From contig JAYWIR010000023.1 of NCBI GenBank assembly GCA_036172245.1, forward strand, positions 806,001-870,000: a stretch of 64,000 nucleotides of DNA, read 5' to 3'. Both the position numbers and the translations under genes were made by a program. Positions 13,810-26,936 of this stretch are shown piece by piece. How positions within the stretch are numbered: the stretch's first letter is position 1; each line of letters opens with the position of its first letter. The DNA is from Raillietiella orientalis. Taxonomy: Eukaryota. The notes under the pieces were generated by a model. That model did no database searches. It was not told where the DNA came from and saw only the letters and a list, made by a program, of their open reading frames with translations.

Positions 13810-14410
13810 GTATGGATGCAAAACGCATATGGTTCGTGAAAAATATCAAATACGTTTGGGTTTTGAGCGCCATCTCGCTAACTTACTGGAGCAATCGCTT
13901 AGAATGGTCTCTGTGGAAAGAAGCTCAGTGCCCTTGAAGAGATTCAAAACAAGGTCCCAAGCACTCACGAGGAAGGTCACCCAGCAGACTGAAAATTCGC
14001 TGAACAGTTTTACAACGGCAGCGAGTCCAGATCTTGGCAACAGGTCTTCCGAGGAGGACTGTAGCCTTTCAGTTTGGATCCCGAGATGCTGGACACAAGC
14101 CTTTCGGATGGAGTTTCACAACTTTATGGTGTACCAATGCTGCTATTTCTCCAAAGGCAAAGCTTCGCGCGGCTGAGGAATCAAAATCCATGGAAAGAGA
14201 GAGAGGGAGAGAGCAGCCTCTTCCAATGAGTTACAATTTCGAGTTTGTTTATAGGAGGTCTGAATGTATTGATGAATCAGAAGGTTGCCCAGCAAATTTA
14301 CCCCAACTGAAAATGCTGTGGAAAAGGTACTCTCTAGCAATATTCTGCTTCAGGAAGAGAAGGTGTCAAAGTACCATGCTGAGCGAAGGACTCATTGCAC
14401 TGTTAGAATG
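13810..14410 (+). pseudogene. degraded PLS/E-class PPR C-terminal remnant
   Basis: GHKPFGWSFTTL and SMERERGREQPLPMSYNFEFVYRRSECIDESEGCPANLPQLKMLWK resemble G.KP...TF..L and SM....G+.P...HY.C+VD..GR.G.LDEAE....+P....W. Confidence 0.5.
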
Positions 14411-14999
14411 AGATGAGGAATCCAGCCCACAGCGCTGGACAAAAAATGCATGCAAAAGATCCAAAATCGAGATTCAACCCGGAATCCCTCTTTCAAGAAA
14501 AGCTACCACCAATGCGCTGAATCATTCCACATTTGGCTTATCTGTAAAGACTTTAAGCAAACTTCATCTCGCTTGCATATTTGCAGATCTGCTTTGTCGG
14601 AGTATCCTTGGCACGTTCACACCATTGGTGAGCTCATTGCAGTAGTTGACTGATCACTATTTCTTTCGGCCTTTCCCATGTTCTTGCAACTTTCTGGATC
14701 CCACGGCAACGGGAGCCGGAACAGATTCTCAAAATCACTTTTTCTGGTCTCGGCAAAAAAAAAGCCTACTCCCTCGAGTGAAATTTGGATACATTGCCAC
14801 AGATTTTATTGTCTATGAATTTTCTTTAAAAAATTTGGAGCGTTCTCTTTAAAAATTGCTACAGCCGGGTGGCTGTTAACGCCTATGCAGATGCCATCGA
14901 ATAATTGACGGCCGGAACAGCAATAAGTGAAGCAGATTCAAAGTGAAAACTGATTGCTGAACCTCGCAGGATGCTCTTTGACGGCACACAGTGTCCTTT

Positions 15000-15350
15000 C
15001 TACATCAAATGTAATGGGTGTGTTACGAAGCCGCGCTGATCGACTTGAAACAAGAGTGGAGTTTTCGCCGTTGCCAGCGCAACGCATGACACCAGTTGAG
15101 TGAGTTGCTGCAGAGACACTCGAGCATCCATTCGTACCGAGCTCCCGTCACCGGCAGCAATCACTGTTCTCACGACTCTGAGAATCGCAGAAGGGAATTC
15201 GCAAATGTTGGCTTCCTTTCTTTCCATGAAGCCTTGCGAATTCGATCTAAGAACGAAGGTGAATCCCACCACTTGCAGCACGCAATGCAGCTCGATGCTG
15301 TCAAGTGGTAAGGCAATGAAGCAGCAACGCTGCTGCTGGTCTACTCGGAA
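15000..15350 (-). pseudogene. degraded PPR remnant
   Basis: GSSVRMDARVSLQQLTQLVSCVALATAKTPLLFQVDQRGFVTHP is a compressed GS+.DAR.VF..M..D+VSW.AL...AL.LFQ.M...G+.P. Confidence 0.4.
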
Positions 15351-17619
15351 CAAACGACAGAAAGAATCATTTTCACATCCTTAATCCTCTCGATAGCAGA
15401 GACACGTGCTCTTATGAGATGATTCTCTAAACAGTACCGGCCATAGACGAGATCCGGAAAGGGAAGATGGCGCATTTGAAATAGCTGGACCTTTCTTGGT
15501 CTCAGTGTGGAAACAAACAGAAATCAGCCAACTCTTCCGACAGATGACTTGTATGCAGATGTACGCAACATGCTCTGGTTGTATTTTTGCCACGTCATGA
15601 AAGTGTCATCGATTTGATGGCTTGCAGTCGTGAGAAAAAAAAGCGACTTCATACGACATGCTCATTTTTCAAACGAAAATACAGAGTGGAGACTTTCAGA
15701 AAGCTTTCTGATTTGAAAACTTCATTCAGAATTTTTTTTTTTTCCTTTCTCGAGAACCACCTTCAATGAGTTCTAAAGTATTTGATTTTCGGAAATCAAG
15801 GCTTAGAAAGCACGCCCAGGACCACTTCTTAAATCAGAAGATGATCTGCACGTAGCTAAGATCTGAATGAAATTTCGGAGCATGGTTATACCACAATAAA
15901 GTGCTTCTGTGCAATCATTTGTATAGTACAGGCAGTCGTGTGGCATATTCTCATTCGAACCCCCTTTGACGTTCCCATAGCCACGTCTTCACACGCGCAT
16001 TGCACATTCAAAACCAAGTTTGGGCTGAGCACATCGGAAAATCCCGACGTTTTCATTTTCAGGATGAGTCGATGCTTTAGGAGAGCTTGAAATCCAAAAA
16101 GAGAAATGCGAAAGGCGTTGGTGAGACTCGAAATCCCGCGGAAAAGCTGCGACGCAGTTAAAAGGCCTCACACGTATCGTGGCAGCGAACATTTTTTGTG
16201 TTGTGCTCACTGAAATCCTTCCCTGGTTTCATAGAATGGTTTCGCGAAAAGTGTCCCTCTGGGCACAGTTTCAAAGAGGACTAAGGCAAAGGTTCACATC
16301 AAAAAGCATGTCATCTATCAGATAACGAATCAAAAGACCCACTGCCACTTCTGGGACTCATCTGCCTGTTAACACTTGACATCGATGTCATTCTCACTCT
16401 TATTTTGAACACCAAGTCAGGAGTGAACTCCAGTTTTCGGTTTTCGTAGGCTCTGTTACTGAAAATCGAAATGCATTCTTCCAAGCTTTAATTTTCGAAG
16501 AACGATGGCTCATTTCCTTCCTTTAGAGAACAGCCATTGGCAAGTTCTCTGCTTGCACGGAGTATGTTGGTTTTTTGTTTTTTTTTTTTTAGAACTTATC
16601 TTTCGATTCAAGAGGCAACCGATCAAGTCGTTATGGTAGGTGGATCCGAAATGGCTTGTGGATCAAAACTGAAGAGCACAGCATCATCACTGAAGGCACG
16701 AAAATTCAAATGTGGCAGCCTGAATCACGAATGACGGGTCATCTTTCAGCGGTATTCTTCATGATTCTTCATTCAACTCTCTTCTTCTACCAGATATCAT
16801 ATTGGATATGCAAAAATACATTTGTAAGGAAAAGGTCCATTCCACAGTGACCATCCGATATTTTTGAAATCGAATTCATTTGTAGCCAATTCCATGATCA
16901 GGAGCTCACAACACCACTGGGAATTCGAAAAGGAACTGTGCTGATTCACCACGAAAACCACAACCAAGCAAGGCAGCCTTTCGGAAAACACCGAAAAAGT
17001 GAAAAAAAATGATCAAGTCCAATCATTGTGAAATCATCGTATTCTCCTGTGCAAGTGGGTGGATCCAAAGCGAGTTAGCTATTCGTGCTGTTTATTCAGG
17101 TATTACGGAGCAAAGTTCAATTGCTGCCTCCTCGCATGCACAGTTCATTATCCCATCCAAGGTTCTTTATTTGTGTTTTGTCCAGGATGACCAGGGCGAT
17201 TGAAAATTTAATTTCAGCCCGTCGGAGAACCCTCGGTCCTTTCCGGAAGAAATGGAAGGTACTGTATCCTTCCTTGCTTGGTATGGATTGTGTGTTCTCT
17301 CAGGAACTCGTGATATTTCCATTCATTTCTATACTTTTGCTTCCCTCCCTCCATATCTTTTTAGACTTCGTGGCTCCATAGAGTTACTCATCCATTTTTA
17401 TCTCGAATATTACTCTTGTTTAACTAGTACGCTGAAGCATCCAGCTAGATGACTTCAGTTCATGCGTATTATTAGTTTTTATTTCTTTCTATTCATCTTC
17501 TCGGAGTGTGACGTGTTTTTATCTCAGCCTCCATTGGTTGGCAGACCTCAAGTTTCGGAAGCCATGTCGTTTTCGAAGGCGAATCTGGATTGACCATTTT
17601 TCCCTGATTCTTCAACACT

Positions 17620-18505
17620 GGCTGTTATCTGATCCGTGGAATGCGGCCTGCTTGCAGAGCCAGCAAGGTCAAGTGAGCTACTACGCAATCCGCCATGTTT
17701 ACCACTTCTCTTACCGCGAATCCGAACGGGGCTACGTGGCTCAGTGGCTTTGCTTCCGTTTTTCCACCTTCTTTGGATGCTTGTTCTCCTATCCACCCAC
17801 CATGCCACGATGTTTGTCTAAATGCAGTTGGGTTTCATGTTTTTTCCTCGATTGAAACACGGAGAGACAAATCCCATCAAACCGATGGCGGAAATGGAAG
17901 TCACAAAGGTACCTAAGGTGGTTTTAGCCACAGATGTGAATGATTCGGACGACTTCCTGAGGAAGATTTGCCCTCCCATTTTTAAAGGATACTTTTCGCA
18001 GGTTTCACCATAGCTAAGGATTTTACGCCTGCTCATGGCAACTTCACTCCTGATTTGCTTTTGGGAGGCAGCTTCTCGAAAAACAGATGCAAATTTAAAG
18101 ATGCTGATTCCTTTGGTCTCCAAGAGCCCGATTCAAAAGGGCATCTGTTTTCTCTGATAAGAAAATGCTTCACCTCACTTGTGCGAGGCTTCCCCTCTGG
18201 TCCTTTTTTGCACACCACCTGAATCCTCGCTGCCTTTTCCGTGATCACCATCCTTCCTTCCTTCCTTCCTTCTCCTGCGTAAGGTATTTCAAAGCTGGAA
18301 CTCTGCTCTTCTCGTTGACTTGCTCGAACCCCTTTGCTGATCTCACAATGATCCCGAGAATTCCTGAATCTAGAAATTGCCTAGAGAATTTCAGAAATAC
18401 GCGATTCTTGCTCAGTTGGCAACTGAGAACGCTTGCAGTGGTCCATGACGCGAAGATCCACGGCTTCATATCCGTTTTTCGCGAATCTGAAGATGAACCC
18501 AGCAC
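17620..18505. pseudogene. two opposed PPR remnants (+ 17620-17920, - 18245-18505)
   Basis: Plus: WNAACLQSQQGQ and ANPNGATW..SLDACS. Minus: FASWTTASVLSCQLSKNRVFLKFSRQFLDSGI. Confidence 0.3.
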
Positions 18506-20852
18506 AAACGAGAAAAGTACCGGGTTTAGGGTGACACGGGTTCCTTGTCAGAGAAACCGAGAAAATTCACGGGATCGCATCATCCGTCGGTCTTGAGACA
18601 AGCAGACCTTCGAAGACCTGCAATCGGACGCCTTCGTGCTTTCTATGGTGCAGACCACGGACTGTGGGAAGTTCCCAAGCAGAACATCTCCTTCCTAGCG
18701 AAAGCTCCGAAATCTGCTTCTGCTTCTTATCACGGTCAGAGATTCTGAATTGCACTGTTTGCAGAGTTCTCTGCCTTGCAAATTCTTCCGGTGCCTCCTG
18801 GGTTTCTTCCCGTACGCTCATTTCCTCAGAATCTCACGAACGATTTGAGATACAACTTTCACTCGGTGATCGGTCAGCTCTTTTTCATCACGGACCCATG
18901 GGTTCCCCCCTCCCCCTTCTTTGCATTTCCTGCTGGAATTTTCCCTAGGCGCTCTTCAAAATAGTTCTTTCCCGTCCTTCTGCACGCCACGTGTTCTCTC
19001 AGAGTTTCCTCTCTTGCGGAATGCTTCTCTTTTTTCTCCTTTTTGTGCTTTTATTGCTTGCGATGGTTCCTTCGGTTCTCCAATGCATCTTCGCTTTCCG
19101 CTCCATTGAGCTGAACTTTTTAGAATCCCCTCTTCACAAATCTTTCAGTCTTCTCCCTCTCTCTCTCTCTATTTTTTTTTTATTTCAAAGCACAAGATCC
19201 TACGCGATGCTCTTCCTTCTGAGTTGGATTCCATGGAAACAAAAAAAAACATACAGTTGTACCTCGGTACTCGTCGGCAATTCGTTCCGGAACTCGTGAC
19301 GAGTGCCGAAACTGACGAGTACCGATGTACCACTGTATTTTGTAAAGTTCTTAGAGCGCGTGCACTGCGAAATCACTGTTCATCTTCTCCCACACCCATT
19401 TGCTCTTCGTCTCTACTCAAGCGAATGATTTCCACATCTATGTGGGAAAAGAATAATTCGTATGATGCGCATCCAGTTCCAGGTCAGTAGTCTTCTATTG
19501 CGTGAAAGAGATATAAGAATCTACAGTTTGATTTCCAATCTGTGACTGAAGCCAAGAGGGAGGAGCTTTTCCTCACTTCTGACACTGATGGCTCCGGCAA
19601 GAAGAAAGGCCATGGTTCTTTCGTTCTATTCTTTTTTATTTCTGTTGCAAAGTCGTCGGAATGATTCTGGATTTCTAGGGCATTGCCTGGAACCGAAGGT
19701 AGAGGCACAAACCCAGAATTAAAGAGTTGAACTACATCTCTGCATGTGGTATCTTTTGGAGGACGCTTCGTGAATCCTCCCCAGAGCCAGGGATGCGAAT
19801 CCTTACTGTTCTGGAGACACGGAAACTTCTCAGTATGCAGCATCCCTCCCCCCCGTACTTTCAAATCGTGGCAATCGGAGATGACCGAGACTGGGTGGAA
19901 CCTTTTCTCTGCGTTCGTGCTCTGATAATAGACAGTGTAGCTGCTTTGCGTATTCCTTGTACAAGCACTTCCTCCGCAGTCAGCTGCTGCTACGCTGAAG
20001 GTCTCCTTCTACTTCCTTTCCATGCGCTATTCAAGAGTTCTTTCCGATTCCTCACAACACAGGAAACGAACATCCTTCTATCCCAGTGGCCCAGGAATAG
20101 TTCATTCCCTTCGCAGATGTTGGGAGGCTGCCAACTGACTGACCAGGTTCTTGGAGATCAAATCCGCACTCAAATTCGCAGAGGCACGCTACTCATGGCT
20201 AAACAAATGAGGCCATAATCATAAGGGAGTGGAATTTTCTCGGGAATCAACGAACTGTGCAAACATCCGGAAGTGCACGATCAATCCAAAACAGGACTTC
20301 TTGTTGCCTGCTTGCTTTCCCGACTGTCCATTTGACAAGTTACTTGTGGATGTCATTTTAGAAAAATTAAAGAGTTGCACAAGAAAGGAAAAAAGGTCTA
20401 CGGGTTTACGAACGAGCGATGATGACTGCTAATTGTGTCAGTAGTTTTAGAAATCGGTCGGATGGTTTTCAGGCGAATGGTACTTCCGCTAGTAGAACTG
20501 ATGGAAACGGTGGAGCAGTAATTATACGGCAATCGTATTACCACTGAACAACTATCAGTAGCGATGCTGCGATATGAATTGACGTATGAAGCTTTTTAAC
20601 TGCTCCCACATTAATTATGTTTTTTATTGCTTTCCTTGAACATCAGAGCTTCCCTTTCTACATGTTTTCCCTTTCAATAATCCCCAAAAAGGAAAAATTT
20701 TCGAGAAGCAAATGCTCTCAAATGATAATAAACAGTCCCTGAGGAAAAAAGAACTGTTTTGCATAAGACACTCACTTTGAGGGAAGGCTGTTGTTTTAAG
20801 CTGAGACCAAGAAGCAACATGTACCATCGAAAAAACGACATTAGTTTATGCT

Positions 20853-20853
20853 T

Positions 20854-20916
<63 letters not shown>

Positions 20917-20918
20917 TT
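20853..20918. repeat. (TTTA)n microsatellite, about 16 units
   Basis: Perfect ttta tandem array. Confidence 0.98.
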
Positions 20919-21109
20919 TTTGAGATTAATGAAGTGTTTACTCACCATTTCCGTATCTCCTTTCTACTGACTGCTTGAAAATACAGTAATGCATTATTCG
21001 TTGATCAGCATAAATGCGTACTCGGGAAGATTTTCGCGAAATTTCTGATGATCTTTTAAAGTCATGCACGCAAGCAGTTAAAGATGGCTTTCGTGCCTTG
21101 ATTTCGTTT

Positions 21110-21247
21110 TCCACACATGAAGATTCTAGAAGCACGCATGAAAACAAAAAGGTCACAGACATTCTTAACGAAGAAGGGATCAATGGAGCACATATCTCTT
21201 TACGGAGGTTTCCAGAGCGGGAATCTCAGCACGCTAGCAAATGCCCA
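21110..21247 (+). repeat. 138-bp exact direct duplication, copy 1
   Basis: tccacacatgaagattctagaagc...cacgctagcaaatgccca is identical to 25621-25758. Confidence 0.97.
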
Positions 21248-22539
21248 TTCAGATTTCGGAAGCAGTGCATCGAAATGATGTTTTTGCATCGAATCACGTG
21301 TAGAACACGTCCAAGTGCACACCGCTGTGGCCGACCACTGACGTCAAAGACAAGTCGAGTGCATCTAAACAGTTCTTTGAGAACTGGAGTTCTCTTGATG
21401 CTCTTAACTTTTGCCTGAGATAAAATTGCATTTTGATGTGTTTTCCGATGGATGATGTTCGTTTTGAGTGATGCAATCAGATGGACATTTTGAAAATGGA
21501 ATAACTCATAGTACTCGTGCAGTAAACGTTAGATCGTAGTATCTGCAGCATGTACTTCTATGGAACAGATTCCCCGATTACCCAAAAAGTGAATTTAGAA
21601 AGGCACTAGCCGTATTCCAATCAGCCGACGCGGTAATACCGAAAATCCACGCCGTACCACTCCCGCTCGTGGACGTCTCGAACGAGCTGCTTCGTTGATC
21701 TGTGTGAGCCACTGCCGCATCCTGCCACGACGCTGATGTGGAGAGACAGATAAAAATGTGGCCCGGATTCGATTCCCGGATTGCTACTTGAGTCAGTCGA
21801 GCTTCTGTTTATTATTTGCGGCTTCCTACTTTATGCAACCTAAATGTTCCTGGAGGCAAAAAAAAAAAAAAAAAAACTCCTCAAGAATTTTTTTTTTTTT
21901 TTTCCTCCCTCTCTCTCCCCTGTTGGAAGTGAGGCGAATGGAGAAACTTTTCCAGGCGTGACTCGCCAACGTCCTTTCGAATGACCTTCGAAATGATCGC
22001 GGAACGTGTTCACGGTCAGAATCGAAAGCTCCCTTCGTTGCCTGGGAAGCGAGTTTTCTGCTCTCGACGCTCCTCCTGGGAAAATTCCCGCTCGTTTGCA
22101 CTGTATCTCCCTTTCTGACCACGCGCTCATGGGCAGCATCCCGGGGATTCCGTCCAGTAGCCTTCTATTCACGCTCAGGGAACTTCGTGTTTGTGCAAGA
22201 AAATAGGGGACCTCCCTCACACAGTACGCTGCGTGAGTGGCGTTGACCAAAGGACATGAGCGATGCTGCGAGACGTTTTAAGGGCTCTTGCAGTTGCAAT
22301 CAGCATTTTTTTTTTTGAAAAAAAAAAAAAAAAAAAAAACGTCCTTAGAATTAAAGGTGCTTGGACAAAAAAAAAAGTTCGGCCTAATCCGGTGACCAGT
22401 TCGTGGATAGATGGATCAAAAGCAAAGAGGATCCATGCAAAGCGTCCCGAATAACAGTTGCTAGTGTGTTTTCCCAACTCACGTACGGCGCAGATCCACC
22501 GTCTCGACACAAGCAAGGCACAGCAGGAGTGAGGCAATC

Positions 22540-23320
22540 GCAATGCAAGAAACCTTCCTGTCTGCTATTCTCCCTACATGCGAACACGCTTTGAGTCTCA
22601 ACTGGAACACGGGTCTTCCTGGCACATTACTTGGGTTCTCTTTATTGCCGAATTGTCCTTTCCAGGATGCCAGTGCCATGCTTATAGCTCTCAAAACTGC
22701 TGCAGAGGCATTCTCAAACAGATTAGCTGTTCTTCCATGGGTCGGAATGGGACCGTCTGCACGGAATGCAAAACTGAACTGAAAATCCTCCCTATTGATC
22801 GGCAGACTTTCCTTCGTCTGCAAAATTTTCGTCTGCTTACATTTTCTCGGTACGGGGCATCTCTGCATACCTCCGTGAACGTGGAAACTTGAGGAACGAA
22901 GATGACTGCACCAAACTTTAGCCCCGCGCACCCATCACTGTCTCCATCTCTCTTTCATCTTTCATCCTCTCTTTGGGTTGCCGTCGGGGACACACGCAGA
23001 ATAACGGGGTGGATGACAGGGACTCGCGACATAGCATCGAGTTTTCCAGACGACTGCTCCTTTCTCCAGAGTCAGCATTCATAACATCATTCATAAACAC
23101 TTGTCTGCTGAGATCACTTTCTGCGCACTCTAACATTCAGTGGAATGGAATAAGGTGAGATTTCTAGAGATAAAAGCATTGAAGAGTTCCTGAGACGAAT
23201 TTCCGTGTTTTCTAAAGGACCTTGAAGGCCACGTGGATCTTTCTCCAATCGGAGGCTGCGGCATAAGCCTCATGAAATGTGCATTCGCTTTCAGAGGCAT
23301 CGTTGGATTTCCAAACATTC
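22540..23320 (+). pseudogene. degraded PPR remnant
   Basis: TFLSAILPTCEHALSL, ALKTAAEAFSNRLAVLPWVGM, ILPIDRQTFLRL..YGASLHTSV and LLRSLSAHSN follow PLS motif order across frameshifts. Confidence 0.4.
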
Positions 23321-24307
23321 CGTGCTTCTAATTTTTCTTGCAGAGAAAAAAATACAAAACAGAAACTGCATGCAAAATATGGCTCGATTTCTTCTGCTAT
23401 ATCTGCTAAGCTTCGAATGTCATGGCTGCGACGTGGGGAGATGCGAATGACATCAGCCCATCATTTCTTAAAAGGAATATCTGGCTTTAAAGGAGAGAAA
23501 AGCAAACACCCTTGCTACAGCTCGTACCTCCCCATTTCGGCACGGTAGCTCTTATTGATTTCGTGGAGAAAGGACACTGCCAGAGTGCCAAAAATAGCCA
23601 AAACAGTGCGCAAGATACAGCCCAGGCATCTTAGAGGGGGATTATGGGGTCCTCCGAGTGAGAAGCTGGTTGCCAATGACACATCTGGTAGTCCTTTTAG
23701 TTTCCGAGGGGAGATATGACTGTGATTCAGTAGGACTCTGAGTATGCTGAGAGCGACCACGATCTCTCCCTGGAAACTTCCTCCTACTTTCCCACACCAA
23801 ACTGGTGTTTCCTGATGGCGACCTTTCTTCAGGCTAGTCTAGCAAGATCTTCTGCCGATTTGGATGCACTTTGAAGTTGCGTTGGAAATCTCCATCTGAA
23901 CCATTGAACCTGCTGTTTGGGAAAAAAGCATCCTTCCCACTTCTCTCTTCGATGGCCTTCTGCGCACAGAAGCTGCATTTCTAGGGAAGGATGTGTTCGT
24001 CGGGACAGACGAACCACGCTGGAGATCTTGGAGATTGCAAAATGGAGAAGTCTTTCATGACCTACACAAAGAATCTTGATTCAGGAAAACTTAAGAGACT
24101 TTGGGGAACAGTCCATCGAGTCTTCCTTCGTTAAGAACAGTTTTGGATCAGCTCAGGCGGAAGAGATTCGGGTCAATGTCCAGTCCAAAAATGGTTGCGT
24201 TATCCTTTAACGGTGAGTCGGCGGCTGTTTAGCTAATATCGTCATGCATTCGATTCTCGAACTGAGGAAATCAAAGTGACGTTCAACCTTTGTTCCAGCT
24301 AGATTAT

Positions 24308-24515
24308 GGAAATCCTTCTGAGTTCTTCCGTTTTCGCTGCTTTCCTTCCGGTTTTCTTTTTCTGGTTTTTCTTTTTTGGGTTCGCTAAGTACTGAAGAAC
24401 CGTTCACCTCCTTAGAAGGGCTCACCGTCCACGCCACCCGAGGGTGCGCGTAACCCTTCAACTTAGCAGGTGACCCCGGATGAACCACCTTATGAATCCA
24501 GGAAGGCTCTGGTGG
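24308..24515. repeat. dispersed repeat family R1, short copy
   Basis: Shares ggaaatcc..ttttcgctgctttc..(T-rich)..ggttcgctaagtactga.gaacc and cacgccacccgagggtgcg..tatgaatcc with the copies at 29405, 44170 and 59665. Confidence 0.8.
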
Positions 24516-25078
24516 AAAATGAAAGTAGAAAAAAGAAAAGTAGAAAAGCGTTTAGAAATATCGTTGAGTCCAAGCGCCCGTCTTGGCTCCTCGGTAATTT
24601 AGAAATTCACATTCCCATCTTATCTTATCGCATATTTCCAGATAAACAAAACGCATTCGACGAAGGAGAAACGTTCCTCTTGATGCAACATTGCTACTGA
24701 TTGCTATACTGTGAGTTCCACTCCCGTTCTTATGGCGACCTAGCGTGCGCACACCATTTTGCCTCAGTCAGCAACCATCATTCTCATTTCATCAGATTGA
24801 CCTCATTTTTATTTATCTTCATTTCCCTGCTTCCTTCGACAAGCGTCCATCCCCATAGTCACAAAAATGGAAGGAAATTTTGTCCCTCAAGTTGCTGAGC
24901 TCGCCCGACAAGCATCTTCCATGAAAGAGAACGGTTTTTACTCTAAGCAACGTGATTTCCTAAAGACTTCCCCATCGAGGATTCTCTTCGAAGTAAAAGG
25001 CCCATCACACATGACAAAAGAAAAGCTACAGTGAGCATAGTAGTCTCATAGTAGTCTTCACAAAAGATCTCCTCAGGG

Positions 25079-25405
25079 ATGACGAGTCATACACGAATGG
25101 TAACTAAGGAACTGTTTTTCAACTGCATTGCAATCTTTCTGCTTACGAATAACGAAGATGAGGATTTCGAACTCGAACCTACGGCATTTCTTCAGACCGC
25201 ACCAGAATCACCGTGGAGACGAAAAAGCGGAAGAATTATTTTCGGGTTTCCAGCAGCGCGGAATGGGAAAACCATAAATTCCCTCTGCGTACGTCGGTGC
25301 CACCTCCAAAAGCAAAAAGAATTCTTCCCGATTATGACTGGGCTCCGGGTGATTTCATACGCAGAAATCGGTGGCTCTCTGAGCTGGTGGATGTGGACGG
25401 GCTAG
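25079..25405 (+). pseudogene. degraded PPR remnant
   Basis: In-frame GRIIFGFPAARNGKTINSLCVRRCHLQKQKEFFPIMTGLRVISY resembles GR.+H...G...N+L+.MY.+CG.L..A+.+F..M....V+SW. Confidence 0.45.
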
Positions 25406-25620
25406 TGCACTGCTATTTGTAGCATTTGGCTGCTCTTGCTCTCTAAAAAGATCTTTCTTCTGAAGACATACTGATAATATCGACCACGCCCCAGATGAAC
25501 GTGTGTGGACAGACATGGACGCGCTGAGTACGCATCTGCAATTATTTTGTATGGTGACCTAAGCGACCTGTTAGAACCGAATCCTGATCGAGATTCATCT
25601 TCACATCATGATGTGGCTTA

Positions 25621-25758
25621 TCCACACATGAAGATTCTAGAAGCACGCATGAAAACAAAAAGGTCACAGACATTCTTAACGAAGAAGGGATCAATGGAGC
25701 ACATATCTCTTTACGGAGGTTTCCAGAGCGGGAATCTCAGCACGCTAGCAAATGCCCA
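25621..25758 (+). repeat. 138-bp exact direct duplication, copy 2
   Basis: Identical to 21110-21247. Confidence 0.97.
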
Positions 25759-26514
25759 ATTATTTTTTTTTCCTTTGAAGGGTTGAAAGCAAAACGAGGA
25801 TTGGCTTTTCGTCTGTATCTGAAGCCGGACAACATTACAGGCAGGGTACAGAGGGATAAAGGATCTTAAAGGCAACCAAAATAAATAAGCATCTCAGTAA
25901 AAGGGATTAATTGCAGGCATTAAGGAGAATTTAATAATTAGCCCAGAGCTTCTCGTTCTCAACTATCCACCGTTAGCAAAAGCTACAATTTACCCATTTC
26001 CCATTCCATTTTACCGAAGGGCCCTTTTAACTTCGCATTTGGTGCAGACGCACAGATGGCACCAATCAAGAGCAATCAAGGAAGAGTTCCGGTCTGAATT
26101 CAATCTGCCTTGCGTTGCCTAGCGCCGTCGTGAAATCGCTAATTCCAATCAAGGAAGCATATTCAGAGGGAAGGTGGAGGGGTGGGAGGATATCCTTTTT
26201 CACGGCCTTCGTGGGTTTTGCGGAACAAGGCACGATTTATGCCAACGAAACGGGTCCACATGGATTTCGTCACAAGCATTTGAAACGGTGAAGCAGTGAG
26301 ATCCTCCCCGAGGAAGAAGTTTTCCCAGATTCCAAATACCGGCGATTTCGTCGTTCGTTGGTACTTGCTACTTTGTATCTTCAATTACTACCTCAGATGC
26401 ATCGTGATGATGCAGCAGCATAGCGGGCCCTCCAGGATGCTTTCAGTCACGCTGCTGTGATTTTTGCGCTCGTGGGAACTGATGGATTTTAACCTCATTC
26501 TGTGCCCTCGTAGT

Positions 26515-26936
26515 TTAAGCTCTCAGGAATAATCTCTCAAAGAGCTGCGCTCTTGTTTTCAAAATGCAAAAGAAAAGTTGGAACATCGAGGGCTTTACAG
26601 TCGTTGAACTCTGAATTGAACTCTCTGCGAGCAGTAGCTGCTTTTCCCAGCTCCAAAGCATTGAGAAAATGGGGAACACAACAGATTTGAGTGCCATGAC
26701 TAATGTATGCATGGAGACTTTGAGGAATGCTTTCCTGTTTATTATGTTGGCGTTTATTTATGTAATACGGTCAAGATAATCTGTTTATGAACAGAATCTC
26801 CTACACATGAGCACTTAGATGTGGAATGGCAGGAGATGGACAATAAAATGAATTCCTGGACCAAAAACAAAAAATCATGCCAATGAGAGTCTTTTAATTC
26901 TTGAAAAGCAGATGCTTTGTGATATTCCATCCACAT
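26515..26936 (-). pseudogene. degraded PPR remnant
   Basis: ASAFQELKD..FILLSISCHSTSKCSCVGDSVHKQII and VKPSMFQLFFCILKTRAQL resemble P/L motif ends. Confidence 0.4.
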
